DNA of 64,000 nt from Trichoplax adhaerens (taxonomy: Eukaryota > Animalia > Placozoa): the NCBI RefSeq assembly GCF_000150275.1, contig NW_002060947.1:6711648-6775647 (forward strand). Direction: 5' to 3'. The translations under genes and the position numbers were made by a program. A model generated the notes under the pieces. That model did not search any database and was not told where the DNA came from. It saw only the letters and a list, made by a program, of their open reading frames with translations. Below, one piece after another: positions 26,787 through 39,500 of the stretch; positions within the stretch are counted from its first letter, which is position 1; each line of letters begins with the position of its first letter.

Positions 26787-27560
26787 TATTCCATGAATGT
26801 TTTATGTTCGATATTAAGGTGGTTCTGCCTAGTTCAAGATTGAGAGAAGCTGTAAATAATGCAAAAATATCGTAATTGATTAATTCAGACTATAGTGCAT
26901 TCAGATTGTACTACAACTTTAGCATATTTTTAATCTATTTTTCAATATAAGCATTTTAATTTTACTTAAAATTAGCTACCTTTACAGTTTGATTGCATTA
27001 TATTCAACTCTATCTTTTTATGTTTCGTTATTTATAGCACTTGCAGTCTTTGCTAAATTCTACAATCTTTTGCGATTGCATAGATTATTATGGTATATGT
27101 GGTATTTAATTTTACAATCTCATTTTCTGTAAATGTACCATAAATCTTATTAAATTCTGCCTCCTATTTTGTGCGTTGCAATAGTTGCAGTATTAGCGTT
27201 TCTTAGATTGTTACTTCACGACAAATTGCACGCTACTTTACAGTAACTACTATATTGTGTGTAATTATTATCCACCATAAAATATCTATCTTCTACTGAA
27301 ATCTACGTGTAATTCTGTGAATGATAATCAAGTCTTCCATCACTGATTCACCGAAGCCTCCATCATAGTCTTGCATAGGTCTAGCATAGGTCTAGGTTGA
27401 GAGAAGCTGTAACTATTTGCGAAAATACCGTTATTAATTAGTTTGCGTGGTTCGAGGACTTCTACTGATTATGTTATCATCATTTATCATTTCTAAAACA
27501 TGGTAAAACATACATTTATACAATTTAATCCACTAATAAAAGTAGTTTAGCAAAAGGTAT

Positions 27561-28114
27561 TGTCACAATTTCACTTCTGCGACAAGGTAATGTACAGTAA
27601 AAGTCTATAAGTAGCTGCTGACGTAAACGCCCTTTAACTTAACGTTAAACACACACAGCAAAAGACTGTAAAGATGAAACTTTTATTAGAAAAGATACGT
27701 CTACAACTTTTTACTACACCACTCAACTCAAATGTTCCCGTTTATATAGGTACCGTTTAATTTATAAACAACAACAGTATTATTATTATGCCTTATTAGG
27801 AGAAACATCTCGAACTGAGATGTTATTTACATAGCTTTCCTATCAGTAAATATTTTGAATCTCTTACTCATATTTTTAATCTTAATCTAAGCTCGTAGGT
27901 TGTCTGATTCAACTATCATCAACTAGAACTTAAACCATCTTACTGCTATCTATCGCACAATAACAATCAATATCAAGTATGTAATGAACCATTACAAACA
28001 ACATCCACGTTAAGGCATTACTTATCTTACCTAGCACTACAAATATGGACATTCTCCATACTAGCTACTACTGTACTTATTAAACTATTCTAATGACAAG
28101 GCAACACCGTAACA
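27561..28114 (-). mobile_element. Solo LTR in the C-D spacer
   Basis: TGTCAC...GTAACA termini, perfect TSD GGTAT, minus-strand TATATAAA (about 27741) and AATAAA (about 27682), full-length homolog at 59995-60552. Confidence 0.88.
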
Positions 28115-29773
28115 GGTATATCTTTACTCATATTTGTATATTCCAACATAGATAGCGGAAACAAAAGTATCGAATTAAGCCGATCGATAAAAGGTCATTT
28201 TAGTTACATATGTACCAGCCTGAATTTTATAGTAGACAAGCTATAACAAATGAAAATAGTATTCGCTCATGTCGCCTCAAAAATGAATTGATATACGAGA
28301 ATTTAATGTAGCAATAGTACTAGTCTAAAGTCCAATGATGCAAATTGTATATCATTACACATATTTGTATATTGTAACACAATGAATATTTCTATTAGCT
28401 GATATTGACGAAAAATTAACTAGTGCTATTAGAAATTTTTTTACTGTTTCATAGAACCAACAATTCGTTACACTACTGCACTTACTGTAAGGTATGTCTA
28501 TGAGAGAATTTATCACGATGGAAATTCTGATGGGATGTAATGAAACGTAAAATGTAGAGATCAAGCTACAAAGCTTGTAACAAACTTTGACTCTACTTTC
28601 GTGGTGCTCTTGTCGAGATAACGAAACTTTAGCAGCAAATAAAAATTGGGGAAATAACCGAACAGCAATTTATTAAAAATATGAGATAGATAGATCAAAT
28701 TCCCTTTCAGATACTTAATTCTAAGTATTGTAAGTGAAGAAATAAAAAAACAATACAGACTAAAACTGTCAACAACTCAACAACCTAATAAAAAGAACGT
28801 TTTCACTTACTACAATTCGACCTAGAAGACCTTTAAAATTAAAGAAATTCATCAAAAGAATCATTTTTTACTCTTTACTCTAAATTTTCTTATCGCACCA
28901 TCATTTATAAGCTTCGCAGAGACCTCAAAGGTATTTAAAAATAATTATTTACCAACCAATCACTCATAAAATCAATTTTAAAAAATACTTTGTATTGCTT
29001 TAGAAAACAAAAATCATTCAAAGTTTAGACCCAATTTACCTTATGATTCCCGTCCAAAACATTATAAAACCAATCAACTAATTATAAAATGCATCAAGCT
29101 TCACTTTGAACATGACTTCTAGCCATCAAACATTATAAAAGTCGAAGAAATGAACCTCTAAACGCGAAGATCTAGTCGTAACAATTACAATCTAACTACT
29201 TAATAATCAACACAACCCCTGCCATTTGCCACCTTATTTATTACTTTCTCAACTAAACTTTCCTAATGTAACTTTTATGTCACGTCATAAAATTCCAAAG
29301 TTTCAAATTCTTAATTAAAAAAAAATCCAAATTTCGATAATCAATTCTCGCACATTTTCCAAAAAATATATCAGATAGTCCAAAATATATATCACATCAA
29401 AAAATTTTATTTGACAACTATGACTACTTTTTTTACCTTAGTATTGACAGGTGGTGTTTAGCACGAAGTTGTATGGTAACTGTAAGATTGTCCCCATACC
29501 TTACAGTACTTTACTGTCTCGTTATATATCCCCTTTCTTTATGGATAGGGCTTTGTTACAGAGTGAAATCCATTTACAATCTCAATAGACTATCAAATGC
29601 CCTTGCTTTAGATTAGGCGATTTCTCTAAGATCATTGTTTATAGTAATCTATATAAAACCTTGTAAATTAGTCAAGAAGAAAGGATGGCGATATTGTGAT
29701 TTGTCAGGGCAAAACTTAAAGAAACTGTCACTTTCTAGGCATTTTCTACAGTAAAGTAGTAATAGTTTCATAC

Positions 29774-29993
29774 TAAAAGCTATAAAGGACTTCGCTTTTA
29801 GTCCTTTACTATACCGAACAAAATCGTAATTAATCAGTTTTTATTATAAAAGCTATAAAAGACTGCCCTTTTAGTCCTTTACTACATTGAACTAAATCTT
29901 AATGAATCAGTTTTTATTATAAAAGCTATAAAAGACTGCGCTTTTAGTCCTTTACTACACTGAACAAAATCGTAATTAATCAGTTTTTATTAT
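29774..29993. repeat. Tandem repeat, 3 x 73 bp, with internal hairpin
   Basis: Units start at 29774, 29847 and 29920. Unit 1 has a TAAAGGACT-(8 nt)-AGTCCTTTA stem. Confidence 0.9.
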
Positions 29994-30420
29994 TCGGTGA
30001 TTATAACGTCAGTCGCTTCTACTCAAATAATTGCATTATGCTTCATGGATAATTCTCTAGTCATTTATCGTAGCAAAGTCTACGTTAACGAATAGCAGAA
30101 GACGCATAGAGAAGGATTGACTTGTTTCTCTATACTCTTACTTGCCCGTTTAAAATATGCTAATGTACTTTCTAAAATTCACATTAGTTAGATAATATTG
30201 GCTCTGCCAGTAGAATGAAAACGATTAATGAAGAAATTATGATCAAAATTGCCGTTGTTTGCAGTATCACTAAAGTGCTAGATAGAGTAAATGATGTACA
30301 CAGAATGAAATGATTTCCCTTTAACGACATTCGATTACATAAATCTTGACTAGGCGTGTCTTAGCTATTGTCGAATTAAATGGTCGATTTTCTGCGATTG
30401 GCAGACAAATTGATTATAAT

Positions 30421-30434
30421 GTTTCCATGGCCGC
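30421..30434. promoter_or_regulatory. Degenerate X-box upstream of copy D
   Basis: GTTTCCATGGCCGC: perfect left half, degenerate right half, about 270 bp before the ATG. Confidence 0.4.
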
Positions 30435-31314
30435 TATCAAAGAATATCATTGGCTGGTTGTAGAGAGCGTAATATTTATCGTGCAGTGCATACACTACTG
30501 TTATTATTATAGGATAGAGTATTTATTTGAATAACAATTTCATTACGTGTATTGTTAATGGCTTGCATCTGTTCTAAACTAAACATCGAGTGTTAATTGA
30601 TCGTTTGGTACTGGTGATATGCAATCCTCTGAACTCTATTTTTAATTTTAATTAGTGGTAAATCATAGCCTTCTCTCACCTGATAAATTAGTAATCTTAC
30701 AATTATGGCTAAAATAAGATAAATAGACTTACAATCTCAATCGGAGCATCAAACTAATGATGAAGATAGCAGTAGCCACTCCTATTCTTTTCGACCATTA
30801 GGGGATGAAACTAAAAATGATTCTTCTGGCGCAGGAAATATAGCATCAGGAATACCTTGTAGAAAAAAAACAACAGAATCAGTTCAAGGTTCTTTCGTTA
30901 GCTTGTCTTTAGCAATAGCAAGAATGGGCGAAATTAATATCTACAATGTAAGTATGCCGGTAGAATAATATCTATGTTATGAAACTGAAGCTCCGTAAAT
31001 AGAGTTAAAAAGAAGTAATAGTTTGAATTACTATACTATTTTCTCATCAGATTACTAAAAATAACGATAATCCTACTCAAATGGGTATAACACTACTGCT
31101 ATTACGGTTCTTGACGAGTTAATACTTTTAAATAAAATGACAAAGTCTCAAGATGTGGATAAGGAAAGCTTTGATATCGCTTGTCTTAATATTTCCGTTC
31201 ATAAATTGGATATGAGTTGATACTAGAATTGCAGTGATTGAATTCAACTTAGCACACGAAGATCAATTTTGATTGTAAAAAGGAAAAGCCTCTTGAGAAT
31301 AAAAGCTATCCGAT

Positions 31315-32015
31315 TGTGATATATACCAATCACGAAATTCCAAATTTTAGAAAAATAAGGGCTTTATTGAATCTTATACAAAGATTAACTACACACAGCT
31401 CTACTTTAGCCGAATACTACTACTAAAGACTTCTAGAATGAACTAACAGAATAATCTAAAGTTGCATGCTTTTATACTTTTCGTAGCATTCGCAGCTACA
31501 ATCCGCATGGCAACCTTTTACCTTATTTTACACATAGTTAAATTATTCTTAGTAACACTATTCTACTGCGAACCATCATTAATCCAATATGGATACGACT
31601 ACAGTACTTACGTAGACATTATTTACACCAGCCAAAGTACAATGAATTAACCATATCCTAATATATGATTTATAGTTCTATTTTTACCTATAGCCTTATT
31701 AGTAACCAAAAACCTTACTATATATAGTCATCTACACTATAACATAGAGTCTATACCACTACAGTCTAATAGTTATGGCTACCAAATATCTACCGTACAT
31801 TATACTAAACATGGCTAACAGTCTACAATCACAACACTAGTTACATTACACAGCTCTATTGTATCATAGATTCTTCTATCAACTTGTACTTTAAAAAGAA
31901 AATCATAGTCTGCAGTCTATAGTTATAGCTATCAAATATATCTTAGGATAATATCTACCGTACATTATACTAAACATGGTTAGCAGTCTACAATCACAAT
32001 ACTAGTTACATTACA
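31315..32015. mobile_element. Solo LTR in intron 1 of copy D
   Basis: TGTGAT...ATTACA termini, perfect TSD CCGAT (31310-31314 and 32016-32020), internal duplication of its terminal ~90 bp (about 31760-31850 and 31913-32015), homolog at 41917-43067. Confidence 0.8.
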
Positions 32016-35000
32016 CCGATATAACAAAATTGTGCTTCGTTGCGGCGGTTTATAAATCTTGATAGCAATAATCAAAGTCTATTAAGACAGTCGTCATGGA
32101 TCCTTTAAGTAAATGAAGCATTCTTCAAAGACAGATATCCATCAAACAGTTTTTAATAGCTGATATTCGTGATAATCTAGTATAGAATAATGACGCCATG
32201 AATGGCCAAGTATTTCTGGATTCGGCAATCCTTATTCTAATAACTAAACTAAGATACTTAGACTGTTATAGCATGGCAATTAGTTCCCTTCAACAAATTG
32301 CTGCAGTGCTAAAAAAGAAGACGATCCACAACAAATCTAATTACGCAATCTATAAGTCATCCGATATAATGCACTAACTGATCTATTTATCTTCAATTAA
32401 TAGAACGCTAGCTAATGGATACTTTCTATACATTATGATTTCTTAGATTCATTTTAACAATATAGTAATAATGATGCAAACAGTTCGATCGATGATGAAG
32501 AGATCTCATATCAGTGCTTAATTATTGCCTAATATCATCAATCATGATTTGTCTGTACAATACTTAAGAATGATCTAAATGACGTCTTTAATGTACTAGC
32601 TTTTGGAATATCATGAATGTGTTTAATGAGTTCTATTTAAAATTTTAACTTGCATTGTAAGCAAATCTTGATATGAGATAAGGAGAAGAAATGTTCATTT
32701 TATTTTCTAGTTCAATCCGCAGACCTATGTTTGTATCCTTTGTTGGATATATTCTATCCATTTCGGTATACGTATTACCACCTACTGTTCATTTCTTGAT
32801 GTAATTTAATACTATAGTAATCAAAATGACGGTTCTGATTCACCTGAACTTGATTATATCTCCAATAGGTCGTTAAAAGGGGTGTATTGGAAGATGTGAA
32901 AAAAGCACTGCAATCAAAATACCATCAAGATAGGATCAATTATCCAGATGAAAATAATTTAACCTTGATGCATCATGCTGCTATTCATAATCATAGCGAA
33001 ATTATTAACTTCTTAATTAATCATGGAGCAGGTAATAGGCGAATGATTTAATGCGCTAATGTTCAGCTTTAATGCTTGTAATCGTGTCAATGCCATTCAA
33101 AGTGTAGGAAAGTTGTGCAGTTTGAGCTAAATATTATAAATCCTTTCCTTTAACAGAAATTAATATCATGATTGGCGATTTCGAAGCTTCACCATTACAT
33201 CTAGCAGCAAAGCACAATTCATGCATGGCTGTGAAAGTCCTAATAGAAAATGATGCGATGTTAGAAATAACCGATCACCATGGTAGGATACCGTTGCATT
33301 ATGCATGTGAAAGCGGAAGTAATCAAGCTATTGAGGTGATGAATGTAGAAGTACTGTAGTAATTCTTTCTTATATTTTAATTATATACTGAGAAATAGAC
33401 AGACAATGTTTGTTATAATTAAAATGACATACGTACACCGAGTTGGTGGATCTAAAGCTATTATTTCATTTAATAAACTAGACTATTCTACGCGAAGCTG
33501 AAGCTAAGAAAGCTATCCATACGATAATAGATAATTGTGATAAAAGCAGATTAACACCGCTGCATATAGCCGTAGCGACTTGCTCTCTACACGCGATTAG
33601 GCTTTTGGTAAGTCAGTAAATAAGGGTAATTACTAAAGCTAGACTTTGAATCTAGTGACTTATCTTCATAACTAAATCAGTGATAGTAATAAATAGCTTC
33701 TTAGCCTTGAGTTTCAGGTCTGTGATAAAAACTTTCGTGAAATTTCAAAATCTGTAAATAAAAAAAATCCTTTTAAATCTTTATTCAAAGATAATTTCCA
33801 TGTAGTTCTACTCTAGCAAAATAAAACTGTTAGAAAGGCTTCTAGAAAGAACTACCGGTACTAATTAATCTGAGTTACTTACTTATAAATCTTATGTAGC
33901 ATTTACTGCTATAATTAATGTAGCAGCATTCTACTTCATCTTATAATTGATCAGATTATTATTATTAGCAACATTTTATAGCAGATAGTCTATGATCCAA
34001 TATGGTGACAGCTACAGCTTTTATGTAGACACAATTTCAACCAACCAGTATATGATGCACTAGCTATATCCTATGATAGGAGTTACATAGCTATTGATAC
34101 CAATAGCATCGATTGTGACTCAATACCTTACCTTACTATATAAGTGTATATTGTCATCTGGATTTGAACATCGAAATTTTAATTATAACCCATGGCTATC
34201 AGCTACTAAATGTGCCTTTAGATAAATATAGAAAGATAAACTATAGTATATCATAATAATCATAGCTAATAATATAATGTAATTAATCTATTATTCAATA
34301 CTAAGTTACGTTATAAGAGATAAATAAATCGGCAAGATGGTTAACCTAAAGAAAAATAGAACTAAATGATCGAGATTTGTAGAGAAGGTGCAGATGTACT
34401 TGAATGTTAGTATAGGTTGCAATCCTCTCTTAGATATGATCTTACTACATATTTCATTGTTTTAGTATGCCATCATAACAGTGATACCTCTAGAAGGTTG
34501 CTTCTAAGTTATTGGTTAGATAACTTATTGTCGTGCATCGTAGGCGTTAATTTATATATTAGCAAATTTAAAAACAGGATATCATTCATTATTCTACAGC
34601 TGCAATATGGATCTGATATTTTGAAGAAAGACCTCGCTGGAAATACAGCTCTGCTTAAAGCAACAAAACGGAAAAGGACTCAAATTATGAAGTTATTATT
34701 AGACCACGGTAATAAAATAAAGAGTATTGATATAAAATATGCTTGCCAGCGCAAGAGTTTTCGATGGTAAATGTTTTCTAGATGGCATTATGGGGTGTAA
34801 AGTTTTTTGGATTTCAACCAATTATGCAGCTAACCTGTAAATTTTAATTACACATTATAGAGATTTAGTAGAATTAAATTTAATGCTTTATTTTTTCAAT
34901 TCATTATTGGAAAATATCTTAGCTACTTTCCAAGGAAAAAAGGATTATGTTTGTTTTCCAAACGATAATCGATTTACTGCTCTTCATTTAGCTGTGGATT

Positions 35001-36190
35001 CAGGATCCTTAGAGGTATCTCTTTAAAAGCATTGATAACATATTATTTAGAGTCAATCTGGGTCCAATTTTATTTTACGCTACAGAATACTGAATTATGT
35101 CTCAAATTTGGAGCTAATATAGAAAGTCAATCGGTAGGATCAGAATTTGAAATGGATTTGATAAGAATTCAAGAATAATCTAAAGATAAAATCCTATTCT
35201 AAATATCATTTAAATTTAGACTGGACTCCTAACACCATTACATTTGGCTGCCTTGAATGGATGTTATGATATCGCTAAGATTTTAATAGTTAATGGAGCG
35301 ATTGTTAATGCACCGGATCTCAAATCAAAAACATGTTTACACTATGCCTCTATCAGTAACAACACAAAACTCATAGAACTCTTATTAAATCATGTATGAA
35401 GTGGTTAATGTGTTAACTGGATCAAAATTCTATTTCTTCTTTACACTAATATACCTGGACGTATATTAACTAGTCTAGATTATCTTGCATGATTAATAAT
35501 TTTAACAATTTTGAAAACTATATGAAAATTCTCCAATTAGGGAGCTTCAATTGAATCTAAAGATAAAAAATTGCAAACCCCAATTATGGTCGCTGCTAGT
35601 CATAATAACGTCGATACTTTACGATTTTTACTGCAAAATGATGCTAATGTATTCACACAAGATCAAGATGGCAAGACATGCCTCCATCTGATAGCTGAAA
35701 GAGATTGCATCGACGCTTTCAATATTTTTGGAAAGGTTGGTTAAAAGGCATAGCACTATGCAAAAAGTGTTTTGTCACGACTGTTTGGCAGAATAACATT
35801 TTTAGTAACAAAATTACGAATGATTTATAGCAATATGGTCGTGATCTTATTCAAATTCATGATTATGCTGGATTTACGTCTACCTTGGCAGCAGCAGCAG
35901 CAGGATCTAATTCGGTACCAAATTTTTGACATGAATGATGATAATCTTGTTGCAATTAAGAATAAAGCTATCCTTTACAGCAAAGATGAGTGTACAAATA
36001 CAAGTTTAACAGTGTAAGGATCATCTTTATTTTATAGATTTTAACAGAAATAGCTGCTCAGTTTGGAGATACTATTATCAACCATCAAGATAATCACGGC
36101 AACAATGCTTTACATTTAGCAGCAATTCATCATCATCGTGATACCGTTAGAACGATTATCGATCAAATGCCATTTATGAATGTGAATATG

Positions 36191-36559
36191 TGTTGATATG
36201 TCTTACAGTATTTCTATATATGTATTTTGTAATGCTACGCTTAAGATGGATGGATGATAACTACGTTATTATCTACAGTCCATATTGATAGTTAACTTAC
36301 GCTGTATAATTATAGAATCAATTATCGTGACTAATTTACAATTTACAAGTCTGCCTAATTCTAGATATGGATATCATAAACTATGTATTGTACAACGTTA
36401 CACTGTAAGTGTTGACGGCGCACATATAAAAGCCGTTGTAATTATCAATAAACGGATGAGTGGTAGTAAGTACTTAGCTTTGTCAGTATTCGAAAACTAG
36501 TCAGAGTGATCCGAACTTTACATACGGTTGGAGTATCAACTCTAGTTAGTTCATACACA
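36191..36559 (+). mobile_element. Solo LTR (369 bp) inserted in exon 11 of copy D
   Basis: TGTTG...CACA termini, perfect TSD ATATG (36186-36190 and 36560-36564), TATAAAA at 36425 and AATAAA at 36447. Removal restores PFMNVNMCNMYGQRPLH, collinear with copy B PFVNVNARNFLGQRPLH. Confidence 0.88.
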
Positions 36560-39500
36560 ATATGTGTAATATGTATGGACAGAGACCATTACATTTGGCC
36601 GCAAAAAATGGAAGCAGTCGAGTGATTCACTATCTAATCAAACATGGAGCTGATGTGAACTGCAGGTTACCTAAATTCAATGTACTTAATTGCTAAATTT
36701 TGACACTTATCATTGGCAATTGTCTAATTTATAGAATTACAGCGATAATCAATAGCAACTCATGAGTGTTCTTTATCAAATTTCTTTAGAATATGTTTAA
36801 GAGTACCTTATATTGCGAAATTTACATGAGTTAAAAAAATTTATCCTGCTATATTATTAGATATTATATTAATAAACTTCTGAAATTTTGCGTAAATATT
36901 CAGTTTTTATGTGATAAACTAATAATCTTTAATTATTTCATGATCGATTACAAGTATATCGTATTTGATGTATCGATTTACTAACTGTTATAGAATTATG
37001 CTCATTACTTCAGGGATGACTTAAAAACTAGATATTTTTACCTGTAGAGACCATTCCGGCTGGTATCCTCTACATTTTGCTATAAAATATGGTCATTTGA
37101 TGAGTGTCAAGCTGCTGCTCTTTGAAGGCTCCGAAATCAATGTATTTAACGAAACTGAGGTAAGCATATATTTCCAGGCCTGCTTGGTATAGAGACTAAC
37201 AAGAAGATCGAGTGGGCGTTAATTCTCAATAATTCCCAAAATGCTTTACAAAAATTAAATTAGAGTTTAAGAAAATGATATCTAGAAGCTTAATATTCGA
37301 TTTCTAACTCTTGTAAATGGACAGAGTTGAAGAAGGTAGATATTAAATAATTTAACCGGCTTATTCCTACGATAATTTCTAAGGAAACTCCTCTACTAAT
37401 GGCATGCGAAATGAGACATATCGAAATTGCAGTCCTATTACTAGAAAAAGGAGCTAATCCAGCGATTAGGAATAATAAAGATCAAAACTGCTTAGACATT
37501 GCTTGCGAACATCGTCTTAATGATATCGGGCTTGCAATCATCAAGACAAAATTGTGAGTACGCGTTGTTCATCCCTTATAAGGATCGTTTCTTTTTGAAG
37601 TAGTGATCTAATTCTGTGTCGTAATGCATGATTATATAGACAGAGATAAAAAAGGTAATTATAATGATTAGTCAAACGATGAATTATCTTAACCAATACT
37701 GTTATTATGCTTCGTGATAGCTGGGAAAAAGTTATGGAAAATCGAGCTTATGATGGATATCATCCAATGAAACGATTGTTACATAGAATGCCCGTTGTAG
37801 CAGAGGTAATTTAACCAATCTTATATAAATTCTGTTAACCACGACGTCCAAAAGATTCATTAAAAATAGATTATATTAAGATTACCTGATAGGCTCTATA
37901 AATTAGTTTCATAATAATTGACAGCAGATTTTAAGATATCTGACTTCAATTTAAATAATTTTAAGAAGTAGAATTCATAGTAACGTTAATATCAGAAAGT
38001 GATATAAAGGACAATTCATTGCTAATCATAATTGGTATAGGCGGTATTACTATCTTTATAGTATTAATGTTTCTTACAGGCAGTTATGGATAGATCAATT
38101 ACATTTGTAAAAACTAAGAATGGAAATGATGTCGTAAAGCAGGTAAGATTATTTATGCTATTGAATGCTTCTTAAAAAAGCTACAGCAGGATTGCAGTCG
38201 AAATATATATCGATAAATCTAATTTCATTCTTCTCAGCCATACCAGGGCATAATGTTTGTGTAAATTTATGCTATGAATAGGTATCTTTTGATTTTACTT
38301 ATCTTGAATCATCACCAGAAGATCATCATCTGCAAGACGTAAAGGATAAATACATTGCGGTTGAGGTAAGAAATAGTTTTAACCCTTAGAGTTTATTTTG
38401 AACTCAGAGCCCATGCAGTAACCTGTCTCACAGATGGGTATAACATAAAATTTCTTCACTTTAATTATTTCTTTATCCTGTTTGATAAACACTTGCAGAC
38501 AATTTGCTCCCTTAGTCAAACAAAACTGATGAAGCATCCTCTTATTAATGCCTATTCCTATTCAAAATGGTAAATCGTACGTCGTATATAATTTTTGTGT
38601 CAGTATAACAGTGCATTGATACTGTGATATACTGCTAGTTTATTTGGTTTATTTGTTGCAGAAATAGTAAATTGAAGTAGTGTGTCGAAAAAATGAATAC
38701 TTTTTTAACCAAACTAAGATTGTGAATCAATTACCAAAAACTTCAACAGTAAAGCGACGCTATCAGCTAATTAAAAAGCAATTAATTTCATGCCTGGAAT
38801 TTCATTTTTCTTTCTAGGAAATTAGCCGTCAACTTTACGATCTACTTTAAGATTATTTCAGATATATTTTATTTTATTGGTTTGGGTGTCCCTATTGCTC
38901 TTAATACTGCAGATTATTTAGGAACTGCTGCAGCTAATAGGAGTCTTGATGTAACGGATGGAAATAATAATTATGCAACATTAGTAAGTGTAGCAACTTC
39001 ACCTTCCCTTAAAGTATTCCTACATATTTCATACCGTATTATCAATGCAACATTAAATGTTTAGCAGATCATATTATATGCATAATAAAAACCCAAAGAG
39101 AATTTTCTTTTCATCATGTTAACAAATTTATTCGAATTTGATAACTATTACAATTTACTTACTTGATCGCGGCGATCATAATTAGCTTTAAATAGGTTAT
39201 TAATGGTATACTAGCGAATAATGTATAAAATACCTGATAATATATATTGCACTGATGGCAGCACTTATAGTTGTCATATTAGCTCGTTATAATTCGTTTA
39301 TTAAACTACGCTAACTTAAAGTTTTCATCATCAAATTATCTAGGTTATACAAGGAGCTCCAATCAGAAACATCGTCGTCTTAGCGACTGTCATACTAATG
39401 CTATGTTCAACAGTAATCTCACTTTTATTTGGGGTAAAAAGAAATTAACACTAGCAATTCTTGAAATATCGATTTTTCGCTAATGTATTACTACATTTGA

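Noticed and set aside
29774-29993. CRISPR-like array
   Set aside because: The units are contiguous near-identical 73-mers without unique spacers, the context is eukaryotic and there are no cas genes.
36185-36567. Mutator-type insertion with a 9-bp TSD (AATATGTGT)
   Set aside because: No long TIRs. TGT...ACA ends with a 5-bp ATATG TSD plus TATA and poly(A) signals explain it better as a solo LTR.
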